DNA from: a virus
Lineage: Duplodnaviria > Heunggongvirae > Uroviricota > Caudoviricetes
IMG/VR virus record: IMGVR_UViG_2915331061_000005
Direction: 5' to 3' (one strand)
DNA length: 58,002 nt
The notes under the pieces were generated by a model. The model was not told the origin of the DNA and made no database searches. It saw only the letters and a list, made by a program, of their open reading frames with translations. Positions 35,620 to 45,806 of this stretch are shown one piece after another. Each line of letters starts with the position of its first letter. Position 1 is the first letter of the stretch. Position numbers and translations under genes: made by a program.

Positions 35620-37074
35620 TCACTTGCTCATTGCAGCGGTGATTGCATCGATGTCAAACTCCACGATTTCCTCAATATCTTCCGCCGGGAGATACATTGC
35701 AACGTACTTGTGGAAATACATCTTACCGTCCGCCAGCGTTTCACTGGTGTTCTCGCTGCTCAGAAATTCCATTTCGTACCGTGCGCAGATTTCGGCGGAA
35801 ATGTAGCTTGCGCCGATGGTGTTCTGCTGGTCGATCACCGCTTCGCGCAGGCGGGGATTCGCCCGCATATCCACGTTGCCAAAGTTCGTGAGGATGAAGT
35901 TGTTGTCGTCATAACTCAGGAATCGGCGGGCGGAAATGAAACGATCCTTCGGATCGGTGTTGGACGGATATGCAACCGTATTGTTGCCCCAGAGACGGAA
36001 TCCGTTGAAATTCAGGAAGGTAACGACACCGTTTCCGTTCACCTCATTTGCCTGATCCAGGTCCAGCAGAATTTCCTCTCCATCCTCGGTGCAGATCGAC
36101 GTTGCGGCAACTGCAATGTTGGACTGCGGTGGCATGGGAATACCATCGTTCTCCGCATCCTGCCGGGCGATATATGCAGCAGCAAAGGCGCTGGGGCTGT
36201 AGATTACCTCGCCCACCTTCGGGCAGCCCCACACGGCTGCGCAGTTGGGAGAGGTAAGAGACTGTTTCGTCTTCTGGGCGCGCACGTCAGAATACTTCGG
36301 TGCGCCGGTGGAGGTCGTGTCCATATCCACCCAGCAGAACATACGCCAAATGCCGTTGAGCATCGTGGTCTTCGCCTGCATAATAGCAGCCACGGTCGGG
36401 TCCTTGCTGAACCAGGGCGCCAGCAGATTGCCCGGCACCATGCCCAGCTTCGGGAAAATCTGGCGCAGGACTTCCATGCCAGTTTCCTTGCCTGCCGCAT
36501 TCACGCCACCAATGATGTCTGCGCCCGTCACCTTTTCCGGGGCAATGCGCTTACCGGAAACCGTGACCTGTGATTTGCCGGAACCCTTGCCGGAAGGCAG
36601 GATCACCAGTGTAACCGTGCCATCATCGTTGAATGCTGCGGTGTAGTCCTCGCCGCTTTTCAGCACCACATCGTCCGCCTTGACCACCAGTTTGTCCAGC
36701 AACAGGCCAACAGTTTCCAGCTGTGCGGTGCCGCTGTTCACCTGATAGGAGCGTTCGACCACATCTGCGGTGTGTTCGGTTTTGGTGGGGTCCAGAACGT
36801 TAATCACGATCACAGGGGACACGTTCACAATCTGGAAGGATGCAGACAGTGCACCGCAGATTGTGTAACTTTTGAAGTCGCTGCTGTAGCCAACAAGGCC
36901 TTTGGCTTCTGCCATCGTGTGGCACAGCAGCGGCACATTAGTTGCGCCGTAAGGATCATCCGCCAGATTGACCGGGGCCACGCCCACGATTACCTGAGTG
37001 CCAGCATCGCTTTCGAGCGGTGCTTTCACGCTGGACGGAATCTCACTTACATATACGCCATGACGATATGCCAT
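35620..37074 (-). CDS. Tail sheath protein
   Basis: MAYRHGVYVSE, GFRLWGNNT, FISARR, PAEDIE; 484 aa. Confidence 0.95.
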   Translation of the reverse strand: MAYRHGVYVSEIPSSVKAPLESDAGTQVIVGVAPVNLADDPYGATNVPLLCHTMAEAKGLVGYSSDFKSYTICGALSASFQIVNVSPVIVINVLDPTKTEHTADVVERSYQVNSGTAQLETVGLLLDKLVVKADDVVLKSGEDYTAAFNDDGTVTLVILPSGKGSGKSQVTVSGKRIAPEKVTGADIIGGVNAAGKETGMEVLRQIFPKLGMVPGNLLAPWFSKDPTVAAIMQAKTTMLNGIWRMFCWVDMDTTSTGAPKYSDVRAQKTKQSLTSPNCAAVWGCPKVGEVIYSPSAFAAAYIARQDAENDGIPMPPQSNIAVAATSICTEDGEEILLDLDQANEVNGNGVVTFLNFNGFRLWGNNTVAYPSNTDPKDRFISARRFLSYDDNNFILTNFGNVDMRANPRLREAVIDQQNTIGASYISAEICARYEMEFLSSENTSETLADGKMYFHKYVAMYLPAEDIEEIVEFDIDAITAAMSK

Positions 37075-37086
37075 TGTTCTTCCTCC

Positions 37087-37344
37087 TTACAGCTCTGCTC
37101 TGAGCTGTTCAAAAATGATCCGCTCTGCCGTTTTGGGCTGGCCCGGCAATGCAGGCTGTTCCATGTTGGCGCGGGTCTGTGCTACCTTGTCGTAAGGTAC
37201 GATAAGGCCTTCCGCCATCGGGTGCTGCTCAACAAACTTTTTCATCTGCTCCGGCAGCTCACCGGTAAAGCATGTGTACTGCCGTGCCACGCCACGGACG
37301 GATGGGCCGCAGTACACGCGGGTTCTCGTTTCTTTCTTGGTCAT
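37087..37344 (-). CDS. Hypothetical phage protein, 85 aa
   Basis: VYCGPSV motif; sits in the operon before the sheath gene. Confidence 0.75.
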   Translation of the reverse strand: MTKKETRTRVYCGPSVRGVARQYTCFTGELPEQMKKFVEQHPMAEGLIVPYDKVAQTRANMEQPALPGQPKTAERIIFEQLRAEL

Positions 37345-37853
37345 ACCATTTCCTCTATTTCTGGATCAGTCGCCGGATCAGCATTCGCGACAGTGCAGGT
37401 CATTTTCACTGCACCGAAGTAATACGGGTGATAGTCGTCTTTCGACATTTTCCCCTTGATGTTTCCTTTCACGGTACACGCCTTGCCGAACCTCGGGACC
37501 GCCCGGAAACCTTTCATGATGTCCGTTACGATGTTCAGAACATCTCGGTAGCCCTGCCGTTTTAGCCCGGTGTCATACGCGCAAATGTACATCGTCACAT
37601 CAACTTCCATCGGCGCGTCGCCTTCCGGCGAATCCATATCACCAATTTCTGTGATGATGTAGGGCGCAAATGCTTCTGGGGTATCAACAGCATCGTCCCG
37701 TCCTGTGTCGATTGGCAGGTCTTGTTCAAAGAAATTCAGTTCCTTTTCCCCGCCGGGTCCGCAGTATGTTTTTCCTTTGAAGTTTTTTTGAAGCGTCTGG
37801 TTCAATGCAACCTGCATCATATAAGGGGTCATGGCAAGCATTTCTTCTGTCAT
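37341..37853 (-). CDS. Putative tail terminator protein, 170 aa
   Basis: Position before the sheath gene; APYII, YHPYYFG motifs. Confidence 0.65.
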   Translation of the reverse strand: MTEEMLAMTPYMMQVALNQTLQKNFKGKTYCGPGGEKELNFFEQDLPIDTGRDDAVDTPEAFAPYIITEIGDMDSPEGDAPMEVDVTMYICAYDTGLKRQGYRDVLNIVTDIMKGFRAVPRFGKACTVKGNIKGKMSKDDYHPYYFGAVKMTCTVANADPATDPEIEEMV

Positions 37854-38575
37854 TACCTCGCCCCCTTCTTCGCTGCCGCTCTGGCAAGCGTTTTCTGGAT
37901 CGACGCTTCAAGTTTTTTCTCCAAGGTGTCCTGCACATCCGGCTCTACCTGTTCCCAGATCACATGGTGCATTGCTGCCGCCGAAGGGCTTCCCATTGTT
38001 TGCAGTTTTTCCACGTTGCCATCTTTGTTCCGCCAGCGCGGTGCGCCGGATTTCTTTGTGACCGTGTTATGGCTGCTGGAACCAATGACGCGCTGCACCA
38101 TGCCAACGTGTCCGCTTGCGAACTCTACCAAAAATCCTTTGCTCAGATTCCCTTGACCGGGCAGCGGTTTCATTCCGCTGTTTTTCAGAACCTTTGCCTT
38201 GAAAAGATCAGGCGCATTCGCAACATCCTGTCCGACGTAAGGTCTTGACGGGATTGTTTTGAAATAGCCCAGGTCATTTTTCATAGCATCTTTCTGGCCC
38301 GGTCCGCCGATATGCAGTTCCGCGCCCAAGTCTGACACCTTCGCTCTTTTTCTGATTTTCAAATCATTCAAATGACGTCGGCCAGCGCCGTTGACGGCGT
38401 ACCGCTTCTTCGCTTCCCGGATCATGACCTTGCGGGCATCCTTCGCCGTCTCGTTCACCGCATTGCGGATCACAAGCGGCGCTTTCTTCCCGCAATTCCC
38501 CAGCGCTCTTGCTACGTCCTTCTCGCCGATCAGTTCAATCGAGAGGTCACTTGCATTGTATCGTGTATAGCTCAT
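37853..38575 (-). CDS. Tail completion protein (lambda gpZ-like), 240 aa
   Basis: Basic protein, AVNETAK, GHVGMVQR, LQTMGSPSAAAM; neck position. Confidence 0.7.
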   Translation of the reverse strand: MSYTRYNASDLSIELIGEKDVARALGNCGKKAPLVIRNAVNETAKDARKVMIREAKKRYAVNGAGRRHLNDLKIRKRAKVSDLGAELHIGGPGQKDAMKNDLGYFKTIPSRPYVGQDVANAPDLFKAKVLKNSGMKPLPGQGNLSKGFLVEFASGHVGMVQRVIGSSSHNTVTKKSGAPRWRNKDGNVEKLQTMGSPSAAAMHHVIWEQVEPDVQDTLEKKLEASIQKTLARAAAKKGAR

Positions 38576-38913
38576 TGCCGTTTCCGATCTATGGTTATCA
38601 CATATATACCCTGCTGTTCATCAAAGTTTTGGATGAACAAGTCCATTCCATCAACCTGTATTGGGTTTCCGATTTTGGGTTTCTTGCCGAAGTCCTGTAC
38701 CTTGACGTACAGCTTTTTGCTTGTGGAGTAGATAGATGTGCCGTAGCTTTGACGCACGCCGCCTTCCCAATGTCCGCTGGATTCTTTCAGTGTGTCATTC
38801 GAGATCACAGCCTTCATCTTCTGTCCGTTGATGGTATGTTCATCTGCGAAAATATCATCATCCAGAAACACGGCATCAATATCCACTTCCAGCAGTTTTT
38901 TGAAGTCGTACAT
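38572..38913 (-). CDS. Head closure/head-tail joining protein
   Basis: 113 aa; DAVFLDDDIFADEHTING; follows the capsid gene. Confidence 0.7.
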   Translation of the reverse strand: MYDFKKLLEVDIDAVFLDDDIFADEHTINGQKMKAVISNDTLKESSGHWEGGVRQSYGTSIYSTSKKLYVKVQDFGKKPKIGNPIQVDGMDLFIQNFDEQQGIYVITIDRKRQ

Positions 38914-38924
38914 TTTCTTTCCTC

Positions 38925-38959
38925 AAAAAAGCTATTCCCCGCCGTTCAGCGCGGCGGGG
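38925..38959 (-). terminator. Terminator after the major capsid gene
   Basis: ccccgccg / cggcgggg stem followed by a U-run on the minus strand. Confidence 0.7.
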
Positions 38960-38970
38960 AGCTTTCGCTT

Positions 38971-40032
38971 TTAGTCTGCGGCGCAGACCTCAACAACCAT
39001 CCAGCTGTCCACCTTATCAGGGATGGGCAGCGGGTGGGACTGAACCTCCATCAGGCGGCGGTCAGGGTGATGCTCAACATAGGAGCGCAGCAGACGGTCG
39101 GTCTGAGCGCTGACCCACTGTTTGGATGCATCGTCCAGGTAAGTACACAGGCCATAGCCCATCAGGAAGTTGGGCGCATGGTTGATGAGGATGATCTTGT
39201 TGGGGTCCACCAGGGGCTTCGTGGCCGGATGCTCCGGGTCGGTCCAGTCGTCCAGATAGTACTCATTGTAGCAGTAGATGTCCATGGACGGGTCGTTCAG
39301 GTGGCCGTAGTAGGTCAGGCCATTGGGCAGTTCCTTCACGTTGATAACGCCGAAGCCGTAGTTCTTGGTGTCCAGACGGCTGCGGATGTCCAGATTATCC
39401 AGGAACAGGTCCAGGGCCTTGCTGCCCATGATGCACATATCCACGTTGGAGAATCCGTTCTTGGAAACATCGCGTTTCCACTCACGCAGGTTCTTCACGA
39501 TCTCCGCCTTGTCAGCACCCCACATCGCGGTGCCGGTCAGCTTCTTCGTGTTGGTAAAGCCGAAGTCGATAATCTCGTTCACGCCTTCGCCGACAATGGG
39601 AATCTGACCGGTCATGATGGCCTGGGCGCACATCCACTCCTCCCTACGAACAACCGCATCGTTCAGGCGGTTGTATTCCTCGATCTGCTTCTGCGCAGCG
39701 CGCTGGGCAGGGGTCATGCCGCTGTACAGCTCTTCGCCAGGCAGACGGCTCATAAGCTGGTCTGCCGTGGTGATGTCGTAGGGGTTAATCAGGGGCGGCT
39801 TGTAGCTCAGAGTTTCATAGCCGCTGGCAGACAGAACCTTGCCGCCCTTGCGGGGATGCACGAAAGCAGCCATGCGGCGGTCGCCCTTCACCAGATCAAA
39901 GTCGATGCGCTCTGCCGTGGAAGTCTTCTTGTTGGTAAAGAAGCTGTCACGCATAAAGGTGTGGATCGGGGGTGCCAGTCTCACAACCTCTGCCAGATAA
40001 CGCGGATCATAAATGCTTACCGTATTAGGCAT
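38971..40032 (-). CDS. Major capsid protein (lambda gpE family)
   Basis: 353 aa; RRMAAFVHP, RREEWMCAQA, SHPLPIP. Confidence 0.95.
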   Translation of the reverse strand: MPNTVSIYDPRYLAEVVRLAPPIHTFMRDSFFTNKKTSTAERIDFDLVKGDRRMAAFVHPRKGGKVLSASGYETLSYKPPLINPYDITTADQLMSRLPGEELYSGMTPAQRAAQKQIEEYNRLNDAVVRREEWMCAQAIMTGQIPIVGEGVNEIIDFGFTNTKKLTGTAMWGADKAEIVKNLREWKRDVSKNGFSNVDMCIMGSKALDLFLDNLDIRSRLDTKNYGFGVINVKELPNGLTYYGHLNDPSMDIYCYNEYYLDDWTDPEHPATKPLVDPNKIILINHAPNFLMGYGLCTYLDDASKQWVSAQTDRLLRSYVEHHPDRRLMEVQSHPLPIPDKVDSWMVVEVCAAD

Positions 40033-40050
40033 ATTTTCTTCCTCCTTCCT

Positions 40051-40392
40051 TTACTTCAGGAAAATGCCGATGTTGCGGAATGCCACTTCCAGAGAAGCGG
40101 CGGTGACGCCAGTTTCCAGCGCCATGCGGTCAGCGAAGAACTCACCCGTCAGATAGATCACAGCTTCTTCGTCAGCCTTGAAGTCCTCGGTGGCAATGCC
40201 GTACAGGGCGGCCACGCCGTCGCTCTTGCCGACGGGCGACACCTTGCCGGTGCTGCTATCCAGCTTGACCGGTGCGCCCACTTTCAGATCAGCGCCAGCC
40301 TTCTTCACCGCCGTGGTAACGCGGATGTCGGTGCCCGCCAGCAGGTATTCCGGCGAGTAGGAAAACTTTTTGACCTCCAAATCCATGCTCAT
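40051..40392 (-). CDS. Head decoration protein (lambda gpD-like)
   Basis: 113 aa; YGIAT...AVIYLTGEF; precedes the capsid gene. Confidence 0.85.
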   Translation of the reverse strand: MSMDLEVKKFSYSPEYLLAGTDIRVTTAVKKAGADLKVGAPVKLDSSTGKVSPVGKSDGVAALYGIATEDFKADEEAVIYLTGEFFADRMALETGVTAASLEVAFRNIGIFLK

Positions 40393-40404
40393 GGTTCTTC
40401 CTCC

Positions 40405-41577
40405 TTACTGCTTCTTGCTGACCGCACGCAGGGCATCCAGGTAGATGTCTGTCTGCTGGTTGCCGGGGTCAACGCTGTTCACGCCGTTCGCACCGCCGTT
40501 CTGAGCATCGTCGTGCAGGCCCTTGGCTCTGTCCTCCGCCTGCTTACGGGCAAACTTGGCAACTTCTTTGGCGTACTGGGTGGCATCCATGGGGTTCTCG
40601 CCGTACAGGGCATCCTGCATGATCTTTTCCATGCCAGGCATGGTCATGTCCTGAATGTCCTTGATGCGGGCACGCTCACGGTTGATGGCATCCACGGCGG
40701 CATCCTTCTTGATCTCGTTGACCATATCCGGGTATGTCTTCAACAGGTCGTTCTTGTTTTCGATAGCCATTGTTTCTTCCTCCTGTGTTCCGGTCTTTCC
40801 CGGATTATTTGCAGAATTAGAAAAGCCGCCGGGCTTTTTGCCCATGCGGCTTTTTACAAAATCAGGGACCTTATCAAACGGCAGGCCCATCCCGATGCTG
40901 TTTACGAACAGCACACCGTTTCTGTTTTCGACAACTGTATCCGGTTCTTCATCATCCACTTCGTCGATGAAACCGTTCTCCTTGGCTTCGGCGGCTGTCC
41001 ACCAGTTCGTTTCATCCATCCACTTGCCGCACTGATCCGTGCTCTTGCCGGTTTTCTTGGCATACAGCGTAACAATGTTTTCCCGGATGGTGTCCAGCGC
41101 TTTCAGACAATCGTGCATATCATCCGCCGTCAGATAGTCGCAGACGCCCATGCTGGCAGGATGGATCATGTAGCAGCTATCCGCCGCTGCAATTACCTTG
41201 TCTGCATGGCAGGCAACAATCGTCGCTGCGCTGGCGCACAGACCGTCGATGTGGACCGTCACCGTTGCACTCGACCGCTCCAACTGGTTTCCGATTGCCT
41301 GCGCAGCAAACACATCACCGCCGCCGCTGTTGATGTACACCGTAATTTCCTGCACATCGCCCAGAGCGGCAAGATCATCCGCAAACTGTTTCGGCGTAAC
41401 TTCATCGCCCCACCAGCTGCTTTCAGAAATATTGCCGTAAAGCAGAAGTTCCGCTTTCTGGCCGTCGGCCAGATTGCGGAACTTCCAGAAACAGTTATTC
41501 ATTTTTGGGGTCTGCGGGGTTCCCGCCTGATTCACGATTCGGTTCGTTCCCTTTCGGGGTGTTTCCCTCATTCGCAA
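40405..41577 (-). CDS. ClpP-like prohead protease with scaffold C-terminus
   Basis: INSGGGDVF, GLCASAAT, YMIHP, WWTAAEAKENGFIDE; start uncertain (41577 TTG or 41502 ATG). Confidence 0.92.
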   Translation of the reverse strand: MRMRETPRKGTNRIVNQAGTPQTPKMNNCFWKFRNLADGQKAELLLYGNISESSWWGDEVTPKQFADDLAALGDVQEITVYINSGGGDVFAAQAIGNQLERSSATVTVHIDGLCASAATIVACHADKVIAAADSCYMIHPASMGVCDYLTADDMHDCLKALDTIRENIVTLYAKKTGKSTDQCGKWMDETNWWTAAEAKENGFIDEVDDEEPDTVVENRNGVLFVNSIGMGLPFDKVPDFVKSRMGKKPGGFSNSANNPGKTGTQEEETMAIENKNDLLKTYPDMVNEIKKDAAVDAINRERARIKDIQDMTMPGMEKIMQDALYGENPMDATQYAKEVAKFARKQAEDRAKGLHDDAQNGGANGVNSVDPGNQQTDIYLDALRAVSKKQ

Positions 41578-43132
41578 TGTCGTCCACCTCCTTTTTCATT
41601 CTCGCTTCAATGACGCGCTGGCGGATGTTCGCTGCATAGCTACCGCCGTTCATGGTCGCGGTTTCCTGATCCGCCGTCGAGAAGCCCGCTGCAACGCGCT
41701 TCACAGCAGCGTCTACTTCCTGCACCGGGTTCAGGTTGGTTCGCGCCGGTCCATTCCATGTGCAGGATGTATACGCTTTTCGGATTGCCGGATCATCAAA
41801 GAAACCCGGCGCTTTTACTCGTCCGGTCGCAACAGCTTCCGTCAGCCATTCTTCATAGATAGGCTGGCAGAAGTCGTCCACAAACCAGCTTCTTTGCATA
41901 TCGCAGGTGCGCCAAAATTCGTTCAGTGCACCACGCGCCGCGCTGTAACTCGTCGTGAACTGCTTCATCAGCACTTCGCTGGGGATTTCCAGTGCCGCCG
42001 CAATCTGCTTGATGATAGCGGCAGAGAATGCATCAAAGCCCGTGTTCGGGTGCTTCGGGTCTGCAAACTCCACCTTCTCGCCTTGGTTCAGGTCGATGAT
42101 TGCACCAGACCCCAGCTCAATTGTGCCACGGTCTGCCGCATCGATCTGCTGGTTCGGCGGGATCACCTCGCCCAGTGGACGGCCAATGGACGGGTTATCT
42201 TTTGTGATAAACACCGTAAACATCGCCGAAATGACTGCGGCTGTGATCTCAGCATCCGTGTATCGTCCAAGCTGTTTTAACGCTTCCAGTACCGGTGCCA
42301 GCAGCGGCACGCCGCGCCGCTGCCCGGAACGTTCCCGGTTCATGATGTGCAGGATGTTTCTGCGTCCTGTGGTTTCACCGTAGGCTTCCACACGCTGCCA
42401 TTTCAGCGGTTCCGGCAGAGCGTACAAACTTGCCAATGGGTGCTGATTGCAAATCCAGTAAGCAATAACCATACCGTTGCCGTCCGTCTCTACGCCCTGC
42501 ACAATGCTTTGCACGGACACGTTATCCACCACACACGGTGCCAACCGGTCATCCCGATCCGGGCTGCACACCCGGTCACCTTCGATCAGCTGCACACGCA
42601 GGTCATACGGCTGTCCAACACTGTGCCGCATCGGCAGCACAGCAAAAGCATCACCGTTCATCATGTAGGCAAGGAAGGCCAGCTGTTGCAGCTTGTAGAA
42701 ATTATCCACCCGGTCAGCATCGCAAAGCGGGCTGTCTGCCCACAGTGAAAATTCCCGGACGATCTGCGTTTGCAGGTCATTCGCCTGCTCCGGTGTCATG
42801 TTCAGAAAGTCCGCGTCAATCTGCGGTGATGGTGTCAGGCCGCTTGCAACAACATTTGTGCGCATCGTTTTTAGTGCACCGGTTGCAATTGGCACTCCCA
42901 TGTAAGCGTCGCGGCTTCTTTCGCGCAGCGTTTTGAGGTTATCTTCGATATCCTCTTTCGCGCTGCCGCCAGCAAATAGCCAGCCGCGCATGGATTTCTT
43001 GGTCGTACTCGCGCCGTAGTTCCCGTAGCCGGAATTGATAAAGCGCAGGCTTTCCCGTGCCGCCGCCCGGCGCAGGGCGTGTTCCGGGGCAACAGCGGCA
43101 ATTGCACGATCCATGAGGTTCATTTTTGCCAT
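41495..43132 (-). CDS. Portal protein (lambda family)
   Basis: 545 aa; LRERSRDAY, QRRGVPLLAP, SYSAARG, NPVQEV. Confidence 0.95.
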   Translation of the reverse strand: MAKMNLMDRAIAAVAPEHALRRAAARESLRFINSGYGNYGASTTKKSMRGWLFAGGSAKEDIEDNLKTLRERSRDAYMGVPIATGALKTMRTNVVASGLTPSPQIDADFLNMTPEQANDLQTQIVREFSLWADSPLCDADRVDNFYKLQQLAFLAYMMNGDAFAVLPMRHSVGQPYDLRVQLIEGDRVCSPDRDDRLAPCVVDNVSVQSIVQGVETDGNGMVIAYWICNQHPLASLYALPEPLKWQRVEAYGETTGRRNILHIMNRERSGQRRGVPLLAPVLEALKQLGRYTDAEITAAVISAMFTVFITKDNPSIGRPLGEVIPPNQQIDAADRGTIELGSGAIIDLNQGEKVEFADPKHPNTGFDAFSAAIIKQIAAALEIPSEVLMKQFTTSYSAARGALNEFWRTCDMQRSWFVDDFCQPIYEEWLTEAVATGRVKAPGFFDDPAIRKAYTSCTWNGPARTNLNPVQEVDAAVKRVAAGFSTADQETATMNGGSYAANIRQRVIEARMKKEVDDIANEGNTPKGNEPNRESGGNPADPKNE

Positions 43133-43143
43133 GTCGCCCTCCG

Positions 43144-43377
43144 TCAGATGTCACGCGGCACAAAGCGGTACATTCGGTTGCGCCTGCTCTGTTCTGCCGC
43201 TTCCAGCTCTTTTACCTTGTTGTTCCAGTATTCGATTTCACCGCGAACCGTATAGAGGTCAGCGCGGGTCAGGCGGCGGTCGCCAATGGAGTAACCCTGT
43301 CCGCTGGCGATTTTTTCTTCCGCTTCCATCCAGGTTTGAAGTTTTGCTTCTGCCTGTTCCAGCGTAATTCCTGCCAT
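43144..43377 (-). CDS. Head-tail joining protein (gpW-like)
   Basis: GQGYSIGDRRLTRADL; between TerL and portal. Confidence 0.85.
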   Translation of the reverse strand: MAGITLEQAEAKLQTWMEAEEKIASGQGYSIGDRRLTRADLYTVRGEIEYWNNKVKELEAAEQSRRNRMYRFVPRDI

Positions 43378-45228
43378 TTATCCAATACCTCCCGATACAA
43401 TTCTTCGTCCTGCTGGATGCTGTACCACCGGCATTTCCGTTTCCGCGTCCGGATCTTCCAAAACAGGGTTTGCAATTTCCAGTGCAGCCAGTGCGTAATC
43501 TCGGCAGTCCAACGGCTCGTTGCGGTGATAGTTCGGGTCTTTCAGCTCCCACGCTGTCGTGGGTCTGCCCTTCTTCCAGCGCACGACCTGCTTCTCTGCT
43601 GTTAAGCCTTTGAAGTAGGTTTCGTCATACCCTGCCGCTTCATCCAGCGGGAAGTGGCAGTAGTTCGGACCCGGTGTCTGAACGTTCAGACGTTGGTACA
43701 CCATCGTCTTGCCGTTATCAACACCGATGGTGTACAGCGGCACGCCTACTCGGTTTCCGGTTGACGGTTTCGACACGAACACCGTTTCCACGCCGCCGCG
43801 TCCCTTGATGGCATAAAGGTGCCGCTGCCAGCGTTCCAGACAGAAACGATAAACTGCGTCCGTATGGTGTCCGCCGGTGTCCATTGCTGCCGCAAGGATG
43901 TTCAGCACCACGCCGTCTTCCCTTCGCCAGCGGGTTTGCAGGAACTTGTCAAGGTCTTCCCAAATCTGAGGTTTAAGTGGGTCGCCATATATCTTCTGAT
44001 ATCGAATGCCCCAGCTTTCCTTTCCAACTCCCCAGCCCACAAGTTCCAGCTCGAAACGATCATCCTGAACGTCGATGCCGCAGGTCAGCACCAGCACGCC
44101 AGCCGGTACAGTTGCCGGGTACATTTCGCGGCGGCTGTACAGCGCCATATCGTCCGCACTCTCGCCGCGCTCTTCCCATGTTTCCCCAAGTTTGGTGTTG
44201 ACCCATGCCTTCATCAGCTCGGGGTTGCCATGATCCAGTGCTTCTTTCGCGGAAAGAAATTCCGTGACGATGCCAGACCATGCGCAGAATGACGATGCTA
44301 GAACGTTCAGGTGAAATCCGCGCACCTCCCGTTCCGGGTGCAGCGCAACGTACTTTCCCTTCCTGCCCTGTGCTTTCCAGCGATATTCACCAGCAATGCA
44401 GCCGCAGTATTCGCACCGGTACTGCACACCGCCGTGCGGCCAGTTTTCCCGGTCGAAAACCACATTTGCCCAGACCAGTGGTTGATACTCTCCGCATTCC
44501 GGGCACGGCACTGTCCACTCTTCCATCGTGCTTTCCAGCCAGGCTTTTTCAATCCTGCTGGTGCCCTTTATGGTTGGCGTGGAGACAAGCACCGTTTTCT
44601 TGTCCCAGTATGTTGTCTGGCGGGTTCTTGCCAGCGTCAGCGGGTCGCCCTCGGTGCCAGCCGATGCCGGATATCTGTCCACCTCGTCTGCCAGAACAAA
44701 CTTGATCGGTCGGGATGCAAGCCCCGCCGGGCTGTTTGCTCCAACGATGGTGACGTGTCCACCCGGAAATGCTTTCTGCATGATCGTATTCCCGGAGAAG
44801 CGGCTCTTGGCATCGACCTTTTTTCGCAGTTCTGGGGTGTCGCGGATCATGGGTGCCAGACGGTCTTTGGAAAATGTTTGTCCCATTTCTACCGTTGGCT
44901 GCATTACCAGCGTCGGTGCTGGGGTGTAGTCAATCGCATATCCCAGTGTGTTCAGGATGATTTCCGTCTTCCCGATCTGGGATGATGTCTTGACCACCAC
45001 CATGCGGATATGTGGATCACCAATGGCATCCATCACGGCGCGCTGATACGGCGCATTGTCCGTGTGCCACCGCCCCGTTCCCGCGCTGGCTTCCGGCGAC
45101 ATTCTTCTGTATTTATCCGCCCACTCGCTGACCGTCAGCTTCGGCGGTGGTTTCAGTTTCAGCAGCACCCGGGCAAACAGTTCCTTCACTTCCGGGGCTA
45201 CCTCTACAGTCTTCCTTTTCTTTGTCAT
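43378..45228 (-). CDS. Terminase large subunit (lambda GpA family)
   Basis: SSQIGKTE Walker A, ADEVDRY Walker B, CPECG zinc motif, GIDVQDDR, NEPLDC. Confidence 0.97.
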   Translation of the reverse strand: MTKKRKTVEVAPEVKELFARVLLKLKPPPKLTVSEWADKYRRMSPEASAGTGRWHTDNAPYQRAVMDAIGDPHIRMVVVKTSSQIGKTEIILNTLGYAIDYTPAPTLVMQPTVEMGQTFSKDRLAPMIRDTPELRKKVDAKSRFSGNTIMQKAFPGGHVTIVGANSPAGLASRPIKFVLADEVDRYPASAGTEGDPLTLARTRQTTYWDKKTVLVSTPTIKGTSRIEKAWLESTMEEWTVPCPECGEYQPLVWANVVFDRENWPHGGVQYRCEYCGCIAGEYRWKAQGRKGKYVALHPEREVRGFHLNVLASSFCAWSGIVTEFLSAKEALDHGNPELMKAWVNTKLGETWEERGESADDMALYSRREMYPATVPAGVLVLTCGIDVQDDRFELELVGWGVGKESWGIRYQKIYGDPLKPQIWEDLDKFLQTRWRREDGVVLNILAAAMDTGGHHTDAVYRFCLERWQRHLYAIKGRGGVETVFVSKPSTGNRVGVPLYTIGVDNGKTMVYQRLNVQTPGPNYCHFPLDEAAGYDETYFKGLTAEKQVVRWKKGRPTTAWELKDPNYHRNEPLDCRDYALAALEIANPVLEDPDAETEMPVVQHPAGRRIVSGGIG

Positions 45229-45340
45229 GGTTCACGCACCTTGGCAGCGGGCAATACACCTGCTGCTCATTCAGTTCGTACCCCCATTCACAGCCAGCGC
45301 ACGGGTTTTTATCCCGTGTCTTTTTCTTCCGCTTCTTCAT
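45113..45340 (-). CDS. Possible small Cys-containing protein bridging TerS and TerL
   Basis: RBS GGAGG 9 nt upstream; MKKRKKK...CAGC...CPLPRC; overlaps TerL by 116 nt, so doubtful. Confidence 0.3.
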   Translation of the reverse strand: MKKRKKKTRDKNPCAGCEWGYELNEQQVYCPLPRCVNHDKEKEDCRGSPGSEGTVCPGAAETETTAEADGQRVGG

Positions 45341-45806
45341 TTGCCCCATCCTCCGGTTCTGCCAATGCTTCTTCGGCGTGGCTCAGAGTTTCCAGAGCTT
45401 CTTCCAGCTCCGCTTGGATCAGGTCTTGCACCTGCTGTTCGTCGCCTTCCAGTGCTACAACGGCGGGTGCCAGTTTTTGCGGCAGTGCCAGAATACGGGA
45501 ACGAAAGTTCATCATCATAGCGGAGTAGGCTTTTTCCACATCGCCCACTTCCAGAAGTTCAGCCTTCCTTACCCGGTTTTCCGTTTCTGCCGCAATTCTT
45601 TTTTCTTTTGTCAGCTTGGCTCTTTCATCATTCAGGTCGGCTTTGCTCCCCGCGCCAATGTACTTGATGTAGCGCGTCATGGTGTCCACCAGATCATACA
45701 GCCCCGGTCTCTTTTCCCGGATCACGCCTTCATCCCTCAACTGCCGTACCCGGCGTTCCGTGAGGTTTAGGTGTTGTGCCACAACCTTACTTGTGTAAAG
45801 GGTCAT
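45309..45806 (-). CDS. Terminase small subunit (Nu1-like)
   Basis: N-terminal wHTH (VVAQHLNLTERRVRQL...YDL) plus coiled coil ERAKLTKEK; start at MTLYTSK. Confidence 0.88.
   Translation of the reverse strand: MTLYTSKVVAQHLNLTERRVRQLRDEGVIREKRPGLYDLVDTMTRYIKYIGAGSKADLNDERAKLTKEKRIAAETENRVRKAELLEVGDVEKAYSAMMMNFRSRILALPQKLAPAVVALEGDEQQVQDLIQAELEEALETLSHAEEALAEPEDGANEEAEEKDTG

Noticed and set aside
38509-41613. 1034-aa plus-strand ORF
   Set aside because: Antisense shadow of the capsid, decoration and protease genes; no recognisable motifs; expected from GC-rich codon bias.
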